In this document: piece after piece, positions 11,083-21,600 of the stretch | Layout of the letters: every line of letters starts with the position of its first letter | How positions within the stretch are numbered: the first letter of the stretch is position 1 | Virus record (IMG/VR): IMGVR_UViG_3300033120_000845 | Span: 68,414 to 132,413 of that record | DNA: 64,000 nt | Direction: 5' to 3' (one strand) | DNA from: a virus | Lineage: Duplodnaviria > Caudoviricetes | The notes under the pieces: generated by a model | Seen by the model: the letters and a program-made list of their open reading frames with translations, nothing else | Database searches by the model: none | What the model was told of the DNA's origin: nothing | Position numbers and translations under genes: made by a program

Positions 11083-14000
11083 ATGGCTTGTGAAATAATT
11101 TACAACGGAAAAACATACACTGAACAAGAGTTCATGCAATTTATAAAAGGAGGAGGATTAGATGTAGTATCTAATCTTACCTCCAAATCTGCTTTACAGA
11201 AAAAGATAAAAGACATTTTAAATGGTACAAGTTATGCGCTCCACTATTTTGGTAATGAAGTAGATGAAATATCCGCAAAAAAACCAACAGAAGAGGAGAT
11301 AACAGAGTACCAAACATTATTAGAAAATAAACAATTTAGGTCTCCAAGATATAAAGAACTTCGTCAAAAACTAAATGATTGGCAAATTATTGACGGAACT
11401 ATGGATAATGAACAAAACTCTTCAATTGCAGATTATGTAGAAATGTATAACTCCATTGAGGAAAATGCCAATAATCCACAACAAGGGGAAGTTACGCAAG
11501 TTACAGAATCTGATTATAATGCATTAGACCAAGTGGATGAATCAACAGAAAGAGGGGGATTTGACCCTTACTCTTCTTTATCTACCCCTGACGTAGCATT
11601 GGCTTACAATCCACCAAATAGTGAAAATAAATTACAATTTTCTTATATTAATATTGAAACTTTAGCTTCCTTTTTTCCTAACCATGAAGTGGTGATGTTG
11701 GATGAAAATGGTATTGAAGTTCCATTTGAGAGTAGAAAAGAAATTGGCACAACTTATGTTTTTAAAGGAGTAAATGAAGATTTCCAAGTGAAGGTGGTGG
11801 ATAAGTCCCGCCTTGAAATGGAAGACTCAGATTTTGCTAAAAATGCTGTCGGAGTTAGAATTAAAACATCGGGAGTAAGTGCGTTTAGGACAGTTTTTAA
11901 AGAAGGTGAACCTGTAAAATCAGATTTTGAATTAAAAGATTTCAGCAGAAGCACTGCAAACTCTTTGGAAAAAGGGGAAGAACTCTCTATAATGGTTGAC
12001 CCAAATAATGAATATAATAGACAGGTGTTGTATGATTTAGAAAATGGTAAGATAACAGAAGAAGAGGCAACAAATAAACTTAACATTGTAATGGTTAAGG
12101 ATGGGAATGTTGTTGGTAATTTTACAGCTATTGGAGAAAAACCAAAAGGCTTTCCAACTTTAGATAAGAACAAAGCAATAAGAGAAGAGGCTTTAAAACA
12201 AGCGCGAGGTTCAGTTACACCTGTAACATTATCAGTCAAAGCTAAAGTTAATATGACATTGGTGGGAAATCCAAATACAAGGTTAAACCCTGATGGAAGC
12301 ATAATAGAACAAGAAATATCAATAGACAGTCTTAATAATATTGTGTCTGTAGGTACAATGACAGATAAAGTAGCAGAAGGAAATCATCCTAAAGACACTG
12401 TGTTTGCTTATGTAAATTCAATGTCTACCAAAAATAAAGGAAAGAAGATACCGTTTGTTGTAATACGTTATAATAATAAAAATATTGCTTTCCCTATTTC
12501 AATTAAAACAGAGAATGTTGATAATTCACAAGCATTGTTGAGTATCATCACGTCTTCTTTATCTCCATCACAAAAATCTTTAAAAACAATTGAGTTATTA
12601 AATTCTTTGAAGGTGGACTATTCTGCAATTGATTTTACAAATCCCGCATGGATTCAATCTCAAGCAACTCAGGAGCTATTAGAAGCTTTAAGGTCTGTAA
12701 CCACACCTACGATAACGATTGACTCTTTAAAAGATAAAAATCAATTGGTGGGTAATACAACTATAGGACTTGATTTAGAAAATTTTCCATTTTTTAATAA
12801 CAAAATTTTATTAGAGCTTCCTGAAATATCTACAAAAGAGCAGATTAAAAAAGAAGAAACAGTAGCTACGGTTCAACCTAAAGTTAAAAAAACTAAAGAT
12901 GCTGTTGTTAATAGAGAAGTATTTATAGATGGAAAATCTACGGGATATTTTGCAGTTCCAACAAGTTCCTCTAATACTCCGGGATATATTATAATAGACA
13001 AAAGAACATATAGTAAATGGAAAACCTTAGATGATGAGCAACAACGAATTGTAGAGAGAGAAGAGACTAACGGAATATCGCAAGAACAGAAAGAAAAACT
13101 TAAAAAAGGAGCTGTAATGAAATTTGCAGCAGAAAAAAGAAAATTATTAGGTTTTCAAATCTCTGATGAATTACAAAAAGTAGATGTGTCTAAAATTCAG
13201 GTTGGGGATACAGCTAAGATTGGGGAAGATTTGTACGAAGTTAAGGGTTTTGCTTTTGGACAACCAATGGTTTCATTAAATGGAGAAAAGTCTAAAAAAT
13301 TAAACAGTTTTAAAAACGAAGTTCAGATACAAGATGGTATTTTAAATGAGAAATCTGCATTGTACGAAAGAGCTTTAAATAACCAAGGTGTAAAACAATT
13401 TGGTTATGGGCTCTCAGAATCAGATGCAATTGAAAGTTTTAAAGAGGAAATTATTTCTCCACAACCAAAAACCAAGGAATCAAAAAAAGCAGAGGCTAAA
13501 CAAGGAGAGAATACAAAAATTGAAAATATTGTATATAATAACGATGAATTTGAAGGCTCGTTTTTAGAGGATTATGAATTCCTTGCACAAGGTAGTGAAA
13601 GTACAGTTTATAGAAGTAAAGATGGTTCGCATGTTATTAAAATATCTGAACCTTATACTTCAAAAGAAGAGAGTCTGTATAAGGCAAGAATCGCTAACAC
13701 TTTATTAAGAGAAATTATTGGTAATTCAGGCTTAGAAGTAATTGGTTATTATGAATATAACGGAGTTAAAAATCCAATATTTAAGCAGAATTATGTAGAA
13801 GGAAGGACATTGTCTAAAAAAGAAGTTGAAGATTATTTAAGAACGGTTAAAGGTGTGATTGAGATAGAGGGTAGTTTCTATTTTAGAAACGCAGGTAAAA
13901 TGTACGCCATAGCTGATTTTACAGATAATGTAATTCAAGATGCAGAGGGTAACATAGTTCCAATAGATTTAGATGTATATGAAGTAACAGACCCTAAATT

Positions 14001-14307
14001 AACAGAAGCCACACCTACAAAAACAGAGAACAGGAGTTTTACAGTTGAGAATCCTTATGGACATATACAAACAATACATTATAAGAATGGAGCTTGGGGT
14101 ACTATAAACTCAAGGACAAAAGAGTTTCAAAAAGAATATCCTAAAAATCAAGAATATTTTGAGTGGTTATATGAAAAATCTTTAAATTCATCAGGCAAGA
14201 TAAAAGAACAGACAGATAATCAATTCAAAAAAGAATTTGAGCAGGAAAAGGCTAATACAGAAACTGCAAAATTAAATAATGAGTTAAACAACGAAGATTG
14301 TAAATAG
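11083..14307 (+). CDS. Large polyvalent-type protein with a C-terminal-half kinase-like domain
   Basis: 1074 aa; FLAQGSESTVYRSKDGSHVIK (Gly-loop/VxK) ... IADFTDNVIQD...IVPIDLD resembles protein-kinase-fold motifs. Confidence 0.55.
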   Translation: MACEIIYNGKTYTEQEFMQFIKGGGLDVVSNLTSKSALQKKIKDILNGTSYALHYFGNEVDEISAKKPTEEEITEYQTLLENKQFRSPRYKELRQKLNDWQIIDGTMDNEQNSSIADYVEMYNSIEENANNPQQGEVTQVTESDYNALDQVDESTERGGFDPYSSLSTPDVALAYNPPNSENKLQFSYINIETLASFFPNHEVVMLDENGIEVPFESRKEIGTTYVFKGVNEDFQVKVVDKSRLEMEDSDFAKNAVGVRIKTSGVSAFRTVFKEGEPVKSDFELKDFSRSTANSLEKGEELSIMVDPNNEYNRQVLYDLENGKITEEEATNKLNIVMVKDGNVVGNFTAIGEKPKGFPTLDKNKAIREEALKQARGSVTPVTLSVKAKVNMTLVGNPNTRLNPDGSIIEQEISIDSLNNIVSVGTMTDKVAEGNHPKDTVFAYVNSMSTKNKGKKIPFVVIRYNNKNIAFPISIKTENVDNSQALLSIITSSLSPSQKSLKTIELLNSLKVDYSAIDFTNPAWIQSQATQELLEALRSVTTPTITIDSLKDKNQLVGNTTIGLDLENFPFFNNKILLELPEISTKEQIKKEETVATVQPKVKKTKDAVVNREVFIDGKSTGYFAVPTSSSNTPGYIIIDKRTYSKWKTLDDEQQRIVEREETNGISQEQKEKLKKGAVMKFAAEKRKLLGFQISDELQKVDVSKIQVGDTAKIGEDLYEVKGFAFGQPMVSLNGEKSKKLNSFKNEVQIQDGILNEKSALYERALNNQGVKQFGYGLSESDAIESFKEEIISPQPKTKESKKAEAKQGENTKIENIVYNNDEFEGSFLEDYEFLAQGSESTVYRSKDGSHVIKISEPYTSKEESLYKARIANTLLREIIGNSGLEVIGYYEYNGVKNPIFKQNYVEGRTLSKKEVEDYLRTVKGVIEIEGSFYFRNAGKMYAIADFTDNVIQDAEGNIVPIDLDVYEVTDPKLTEATPTKTENRSFTVENPYGHIQTIHYKNGAWGTINSRTKEFQKEYPKNQEYFEWLYEKSLNSSGKIKEQTDNQFKKEFEQEKANTETAKLNNELNNEDCK

Positions 14308-17300
14308 ATGAGTTGCGGAATAACATACGATAAAAACGGAAAAATAGTAGAAGTCTTAAATGAGCAAGGAAAACCTTCAAAGCTATATAAAGATGCTCTA
14401 AAAGCCACAGGAAGTGAACAGCAAGCTAAAAGACTTTTTCTGTTGACAAAAACCCCTATGTTTAAAGAAGATGTAATAGATGTTGATAATAAAAGACGTG
14501 CTATTCAGATTAAGAAACAAATTTTAGGGGAAAAAGGTGCGCAAAATCTCGACAGAGTAGAAGAAGCTTCTTTTAGAATGGACAATTTACGAGTTGCTAA
14601 AGATATGGAAAAAGCAGGTAAATCTGCTAAAGAAATTAAATTTGCAACTAATTGGGAAAAAGGGGCAGACTCCAAATGGAGATACGAAGCAGAAGACTTA
14701 CAACTAAAACTTGATGAAGTTGAAGTAGATAGAGAGTATAAATTTATAGACATTGTAAAAGAACAAGGGATTGTGAAAGCATATCCTAAATTAAAAGATG
14801 TTAAAATAAAGTTTGAAGATGGAAAAGGATTACACGGAGCACGAATTACAGGAGATGGCTCACTTATTACTATATTTACCCGAAGAGATTTTGTATTCGG
14901 AGGTGAAGAACACGGGATTGAGTCCCTTCTTGGCATTGAAACACCCAACGGAGGAGGAAGGACATATAGATTATCACGAGTGGATATACGAAGTTTGGAG
15001 CACGAAACAACTCACATTGTACAACAACAGGAAGGTTTCAGTAAAGGAGGCAGTCCAAATGATATTAGAGAAGAAGCCTTTAGATTATCAAAAATTAGTG
15101 GAGAAAGTAGACCACAGGTTATTGTAGATGCTTTGGTTAAGACTCTTAAGAATGAAAAAAATGAGAGGAATAGAAGTATCTTGACGGCGACATTGAGTCA
15201 TTTTGTTAGTAACGATATTTTATTAACAGATGAATATAAGAAAATTGCAGGAGAAGTAGAAGCGCGTTCAGTTGAATCAAGAATAGGATTAACTCCTGAA
15301 CAAAGAAGACAATCGCTGTTATCTGAAGAATTAGGTATTTCTCCAGAAGACCAAATATTTTTAGATGGCGCTTTCGATATGCAAAATTTAATTAACCCCT
15401 TAATTAATCGTTTAGAACAAACAGGATTAGCGGATAATGTATATCAGATGTCTTCTAAGCAAATAGAAGAAAAACTTAGAGATATTGGTATTGATGAAGA
15501 CATAGCTAAACAAATATCTGTGTGGCATGGCTCTCCACACTCCTTTAACCGTTTTACAACTGAAAGAATAGGCACAGGAGAAGGTGCTCAAGCTTTTGGA
15601 TGGGGATTGTATTTTACTGATTTGGAGAGTATTGCTAAGAATTACGCAGAAGTGTTATCAGATTCTTCGCTTGATAATTATATAAAAGAGTTTGATGTTA
15701 AGTTAAATACCAAATATGAAAATTTTCACGATATAGCAAATAATTTATCAGAAGGTAAGTTTTTAAACGAGTCTTGGAGAAAAGAGGCGGATAAGTTAAT
15801 TAAAGGAGAGATTAAATTTTACAAAGATGAATATAAAGATGTAGGTATTTCTGATAAAGAAGCGCAAGAAAATTTAAAATTACTTAATGAGTTAATATTA
15901 GATATAAATAATACGCCTAATAAAAACCTTTATAAAGTATCCCTACACAAAGGTAAAACACCTTCTGAATACACTTGGTTAGAGTGGGATAAACCTATAA
16001 ACAAAGACGAAGCAAAAAAGATAGCAGAAGGCTTTGTAAAAAATAACCCAACTAAGTATGTTGATACAGATGCTCAATATCAAGAATCTTTTAGAGAAGT
16101 TGAAAATGAGGATGGTGATATAGATTTAGTAACTGATATCATAAACTCTAAAGAATCTTTAATCAGGTTTTTTACAGGAATGAATGGGAAAGATATTTAT
16201 GATTTTATAAATGATGGATTTTCTAACGAAATATTATCTCAAGAAGAGGAAATATACCAATCAGTTTATGGAAAAGAGAATAACAATCAAAAAGACACAT
16301 CATTATTTTTACTTGAGAACGGCATTGACGGAATAAAGTACCCAACGGAAAGTATATCTCGTGGAGCGACTTCGGATACAGCAAGAGGGTTCAACTACGT
16401 TGTTTTTGATGAAAATGTTATAACAATAGAAGAACAAATACAATTTCAAAAATTAGGAATTGAGTTAACACCAAATGGGTTTACTTATAAAGGCGATGTA
16501 TATTTAAACAAGGATACTTTAACACAAGACACTCCTATTCACGAGTTTCAACATCTTTTCAGCGATTTCCTAAAGAAAAACAATATAGAAATCTACAATA
16601 GAGGTATTGAACTTGTAAAACAAGAGTTAAGTAAATCAAACAGCGAAATAAAAGACATTATAGGATTTGTAAAAGCAAATCAACCAAAATTAAAAGGTGA
16701 AGCACTTTATGAAGAAATTTTAGCGGAACTTGTTGGGAGACGAGGGGTAGAACTTTTAAATTCCAAAAAGAAATCAGGAATCATTAACTGGATTAAGGAA
16801 GCTTGGTCTGAAATAGCTAAAATGTTAGGGTTGAATAATTATTCAAGTGAACAAGTTGCTAATATGACTTTAAAAGAGTTTGCTGATGCTTCTGCTGTAC
16901 AATTATTGAAAGGAGAAAACATTTCAGAAGAATATCCTTTGAAACAAGTTTATGACTATTACCAAGCTAAAAACTACGAAGGTGAAATTTTAAATGAGTT
17001 TGAAGTTGAAGAGGCTAAAGATGTGATGCTTGTAAATAATATTGAGAATTCTAATAAACTGTTTGATAAATTAACAAAGGCTTTTATTGTTGATGGCGTA
17101 TTTAACCCCACAATAAGCTCTTTAAAAACATTTTATTCTGATTTAGAAGTTAGGAGAGCATTTGAAAGTTTAGGCAGCTTAAAAAGCTTCTATTACAGAT
17201 TTAAGAATACAACGCCGTTTGTAAACAATCAAATTGAGTCTGATAAAAGATTTCTATATAGACGTTCTTTTGAAACAAATAGTTTAGGTAAGTTTTCTTA

Positions 17301-18417
17301 TTACAACCCTTTAATTGAACAAGAGAAGTTTAGATTAGAGTTTGGCGGGATAAAAGATGAAATGAGATTTGAAGATAAAAGTCTGTTTGAACAGTATTCT
17401 AAATTAAAAAGGGTTAAAGTAGTGGACAAAAACAATCAGGAAGTTCCACAAAACAAAACTAAAGAATTTTTAGAAATCACTTTAAAAGATGATAGTGACG
17501 GCTCATTTAGAAGAATGATTCGCACACTTTTAAATGCCCCAACAGAATTATGGAATGACGCGGACGTAAGAAAGTTAAAACAGAAGATATACCAAACAGC
17601 AATTAAGCACTCCTTAGATTTAAAATCATTTGAAGATTTAAATGAAAAAGATTCAAGACAATTGATGACAGCTTTGGTAGATGCTTTTGAAACTTCCGAA
17701 TTAGATAATTTTGCAGAGGTTTATGATGAAATTTTTGCTATAAATAAAAAAGCAAGGGAGTTTGTAACCTCTGAAACAAGACCTGTAGTAAAACTGTATG
17801 ATAAAACAAACGATTATAATTTATTTCAACAGTTTGGGTATCTTCCATTAGGTGATAGAGTTTATTTAAAAACAGATGCTTTGGAAAAATCACTACAGGA
17901 AGTAAAAGATATTTTAGGAGAACCTGATGCAAAACTTGTTAAGAGTATTAATTTAGAAGGTGCTGAGAATGTAGATATTGAGACAATGCAAAAAATGGCA
18001 TTATATTCAAAACGATTTAATACGCTTTTAGAAGATAATACAAAACAAGATGAAAAAGTAAAAGGAGAATTCTTTAGCAATTTGTATGGAGAGTATTTAA
18101 AAAATCCAAATAGTCCAGAATATGAAAATTTTATTTTTACAGAAAAAGGATTAGATTACTACATTAACAAAAAAGATAATATAGATTATAGTAAACCTCC
18201 AATTTACACAGGAAATTATTTTAAAGTATCAGAAACAGAAATTCAGGCAGATGAAATACACCCTGAAATAAGAACACAAGACGGAAGAATATACTATCCT
18301 ACATCTAATAATGTATACTCTATAAACAAAGAAGATTATTTAAATAAATATGAACCTCTTGTAAACAATCAACCAATTGTTATAAGAAAAGGTAAAAATG
18401 ATTTGGATTGTAAATAA
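14308..18417 (+). CDS. Polyvalent protein: LPD23-like region, zincin metallopeptidase, ADP-ribosyltransferase-like domain, second HExxH
   Basis: 1369 aa; ATNWEKGADSKWRYE; LEHETTHIVQQQEGFSKGG...AGEVEAR; VWHGSPHSF..F....IGTGEGAQAFGWGLYFTD...GIDGIKY...NYVVFD; TPIHEFQH. Confidence 0.7.
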   Translation: MSCGITYDKNGKIVEVLNEQGKPSKLYKDALKATGSEQQAKRLFLLTKTPMFKEDVIDVDNKRRAIQIKKQILGEKGAQNLDRVEEASFRMDNLRVAKDMEKAGKSAKEIKFATNWEKGADSKWRYEAEDLQLKLDEVEVDREYKFIDIVKEQGIVKAYPKLKDVKIKFEDGKGLHGARITGDGSLITIFTRRDFVFGGEEHGIESLLGIETPNGGGRTYRLSRVDIRSLEHETTHIVQQQEGFSKGGSPNDIREEAFRLSKISGESRPQVIVDALVKTLKNEKNERNRSILTATLSHFVSNDILLTDEYKKIAGEVEARSVESRIGLTPEQRRQSLLSEELGISPEDQIFLDGAFDMQNLINPLINRLEQTGLADNVYQMSSKQIEEKLRDIGIDEDIAKQISVWHGSPHSFNRFTTERIGTGEGAQAFGWGLYFTDLESIAKNYAEVLSDSSLDNYIKEFDVKLNTKYENFHDIANNLSEGKFLNESWRKEADKLIKGEIKFYKDEYKDVGISDKEAQENLKLLNELILDINNTPNKNLYKVSLHKGKTPSEYTWLEWDKPINKDEAKKIAEGFVKNNPTKYVDTDAQYQESFREVENEDGDIDLVTDIINSKESLIRFFTGMNGKDIYDFINDGFSNEILSQEEEIYQSVYGKENNNQKDTSLFLLENGIDGIKYPTESISRGATSDTARGFNYVVFDENVITIEEQIQFQKLGIELTPNGFTYKGDVYLNKDTLTQDTPIHEFQHLFSDFLKKNNIEIYNRGIELVKQELSKSNSEIKDIIGFVKANQPKLKGEALYEEILAELVGRRGVELLNSKKKSGIINWIKEAWSEIAKMLGLNNYSSEQVANMTLKEFADASAVQLLKGENISEEYPLKQVYDYYQAKNYEGEILNEFEVEEAKDVMLVNNIENSNKLFDKLTKAFIVDGVFNPTISSLKTFYSDLEVRRAFESLGSLKSFYYRFKNTTPFVNNQIESDKRFLYRRSFETNSLGKFSYYNPLIEQEKFRLEFGGIKDEMRFEDKSLFEQYSKLKRVKVVDKNNQEVPQNKTKEFLEITLKDDSDGSFRRMIRTLLNAPTELWNDADVRKLKQKIYQTAIKHSLDLKSFEDLNEKDSRQLMTALVDAFETSELDNFAEVYDEIFAINKKAREFVTSETRPVVKLYDKTNDYNLFQQFGYLPLGDRVYLKTDALEKSLQEVKDILGEPDAKLVKSINLEGAENVDIETMQKMALYSKRFNTLLEDNTKQDEKVKGEFFSNLYGEYLKNPNSPEYENFIFTEKGLDYYINKKDNIDYSKPPIYTGNYFKVSETEIQADEIHPEIRTQDGRIYYPTSNNVYSINKEDYLNKYEPLVNNQPIVIRKGKNDLDCK

Positions 18418-18437
18418 TAAATTCATACTTTTGTCTT

Positions 18438-18614
18438 ATGGATAAAATAATGGAAACTTTAAAAGCACTCGGATTTAATGTGGAGAATAAAACTCCCGAA
18501 GAGTGCTTTTCTCTTTTAATAGAGGAATATATTCTACTTTGTCAAGAAATAGAAAAGAGTAACGAAGAACAATTTAAAAAAGAAATACAAAGACTTTTAA
18601 AACCAAATAATTAA
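18438..18614 (+). CDS. Small hypothetical protein (58 aa, below the ORF-track cutoff)
   Basis: MDKIMETLKALGFNVENK...; fills the intergenic gap; its stop overlaps the next ATG (TAATG). Confidence 0.55.
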   Translation: MDKIMETLKALGFNVENKTPEECFSLLIEEYILLCQEIEKSNEEQFKKEIQRLLKPNN

Positions 18615-21600
18615 TGGCTTGTCAAATAGTGTATGATAAACAAGGTAAAATAAAACTTGTTTTAGATAAACAGAAAAGAGAATCTAAGATTTACAATCAA
18701 TTAAAGAGTCATCCTATGATAGATGACCCACTAACAGCGTATACGAACTTTCCTGAAGATATTAAGGATGAGTCTGCGTATAATGTTATACATAAAGTTG
18801 GAGATAAATTTTACAACTCTTATAAAGAGGCTTTAAAAGCCACGAATGAAAATGGTAAGATTGAAATTGTTTTTCAAGGAGAGGGACAGACTAAAGTGTT
18901 GTCCACAATTACAAAATCTACTGATGTAGAGACAAAAGACGGTTTTATTAATTTTTATATTGAAAATAATTTAATCGCTGATAAAAGGAAAAATGGAAAA
19001 TTAACAGGGCAAGGAATTTCAAATAAAGAAAGGCTTTTTAATGCTTTAGAGATTCAAAGATTGGCAGTTTCTACATTGGGAGTGGATTCGTTTAACTTAG
19101 ACTATTATTCATTTGAAATTTCAGAACCAACTTTAGGGAAAACAAAACTGACTCTTAAAAATGGAGAAGAAGTTTTTGTATCGCCCGAAGAAATCACAAA
19201 TATTAACGATTTTAGAAATCCCGAAGAAGCAAATATAGTAAAAAACTATAAAGAGCCTGTATATCGAGATTTACCAAAACCTCAGTCACAATCTGAGGAA
19301 AGTTTGCAACTAAAATTAATGGATGTTCTTAATAACTTAGGAGTATCTGTTATGTCAATTACAGACTATACTAAAAGATATAGAATTAAAAACGGTGTTA
19401 ATCCTTCTGCAAGAGCTTTAGCTGATATTGCTAATGGTGTAATTGCTTTGGAAGAAGGTGTTGCCACTATAGAAGATTTTATTGAAGAGGTGGCTCATTT
19501 TATTGAAAGCGCAACTTCGGCAGAGAAAAAAGAAAACATCCTTAGAAATATTCATAAAACTAAGGAATATATTGAACATGCGGAGGCTTACAGAACTATT
19601 TATTCCGAAGATTATTCAGGAGAAGAATTAGAAAATATTGTGAGAAGAGAAGTTCTTGGAAAAGTGATAAAAAATTCCATTCAAGAAAACGAGCAAAGAA
19701 ACGAAACGGAAAGAAATATTCTTCAAAGAGCTTTTGATTTAATTGTAGATTTCGTAAATAGTATTACCTCCAATAATGAGCTTAAAATATATTTGAATGA
19801 TATTAACGATGCCATAGAACAAAATACTTCGGGACTAATTGACAGGAAAAACATCAACTCAATCTACACATTTTATTCTACTGCCAAAAGTCCTATTACA
19901 AAAGAAGTTTTAAGAATTATTGGACATTTGAATAATGTAAGAACAAATCTACCAAAAACAGACATAGCTTCCATTGTTAAAATAGAGCAACAAATTAATA
20001 CTTCAGAAGAGGTGTATAGTGTTGTGGCACTTTTAGATGTAATTAACCATGCTGTAAAAAAACTACAAAACGCTTTAAAAGATTCAGAAGTGAATAATAA
20101 AGATTATGCTTTCACTTTAGAAGAAACCTCTTTATATTTTGAAACTTTGAATATTGCGGAATCATTGCCAAGAATTGCAGAGGCTTTAAGGTCACAACCG
20201 TTTGAAATCGGCAAAAAAGATTTAAAAGAAGCAACTATCTCAAGATTGCAAGAGGTTAAACAAAATCTTGACACATTAAAAGCACAGAAAGAATCTATTG
20301 TAAATACCACCACTAAAAGAATTGTGGATGAATTGATGCGAGATAGTAATAATCAGCAATCAAGGGAATATTATGAAGAAGCTATTATAAGAGCAAAAAA
20401 TGATGCAACAATCTTGTCTTCAACATTTGGAACTTTAGCAAACTCCACTGATGGTATGTTAAATATTATTGGTAAATTATTAGTTTCGATGACGGGTCAG
20501 GCACATAGAAATATGTATAATGATTATCAAGATTATGTCAATCAAATGGAATCTTTAGGATTTAAAGCTAAGGATGTTGCTGAGTTTTTGGACGGAAACT
20601 ATATGATTTCTGAATTCAATTTAACAGAATTTGATAATGATAATGACAAGGATTTTATCCCTGCTTATAGAGAAATAACACAAGATAGTGAAATAACAGA
20701 TGAAGAAATTATTAAGCAAAAAAATAGCAATTCTTTAAAAATTGATAGCGATATTTTCCAACAAGTTTCTGCGCGAGCTATGGAACTTTCAGATGTCAGA
20801 GTGGAGAAAAGTAGAAAGCCCGAATTCTATGAAAAAATTGAGCAACGTTATCAAAACGCAGGAATAGAAAAAGACAGCCCCACAAGAGCATATCTCAGTG
20901 TATTCCTATCGGAAGTTAGCAAGTTTAAAAATAAAGCAACAGATGAGAACGGCAAAACAGACTACACAAAACTATCCTTACAAGAGTATGAAACTCTAAA
21001 ACAGTTACAACAAGACAGAAAACTAAAAAAGGATTATTTTGATATTACATCAGGAGAACTTAAAAAAGGATTAGAATACAAAGGGCTTGATGAAAAAGGA
21101 AAACCTATTTATACTTTAGCTGATACTAATGTTTCTGATGAGGCGCGTATTGCTTTTGAGTTAAATAAATTAGATGCCCTCACTTTAGAGGAACTTAAAC
21201 AAGGCGGTGATAGAGACAATACAAAAGCATTAAGAGATTTCAAAGATAGTTTAAAAGGACTAAGTAGAGAAGCACAAGTTAGATTTATTGAAGTGAATGC
21301 CACTTTAGGTTTTACAGAGGCTTATTATGAAGCAATTCAAGCTAAGGTTTTAAATGAAGACGGAAGCGTGTCTGACAAGCCGAGTATTCTATCTCAAATG
21401 TTAGAGCAAGGTAAGGATGAGCAAGCTAAAAGATTAGCGGAGATTAATTCTCAAATTAATACTTTACTTAAGGCTTACACAAGTAAAACAAACCCAACAG
21501 AAATTGTTGCCGATGATATTCCTGAAACAACAAAAGAATTAATCAGACAATTACATTCTGAACGCACAGCTATTATTCAAGATTTTTCGGGCGAAACATT

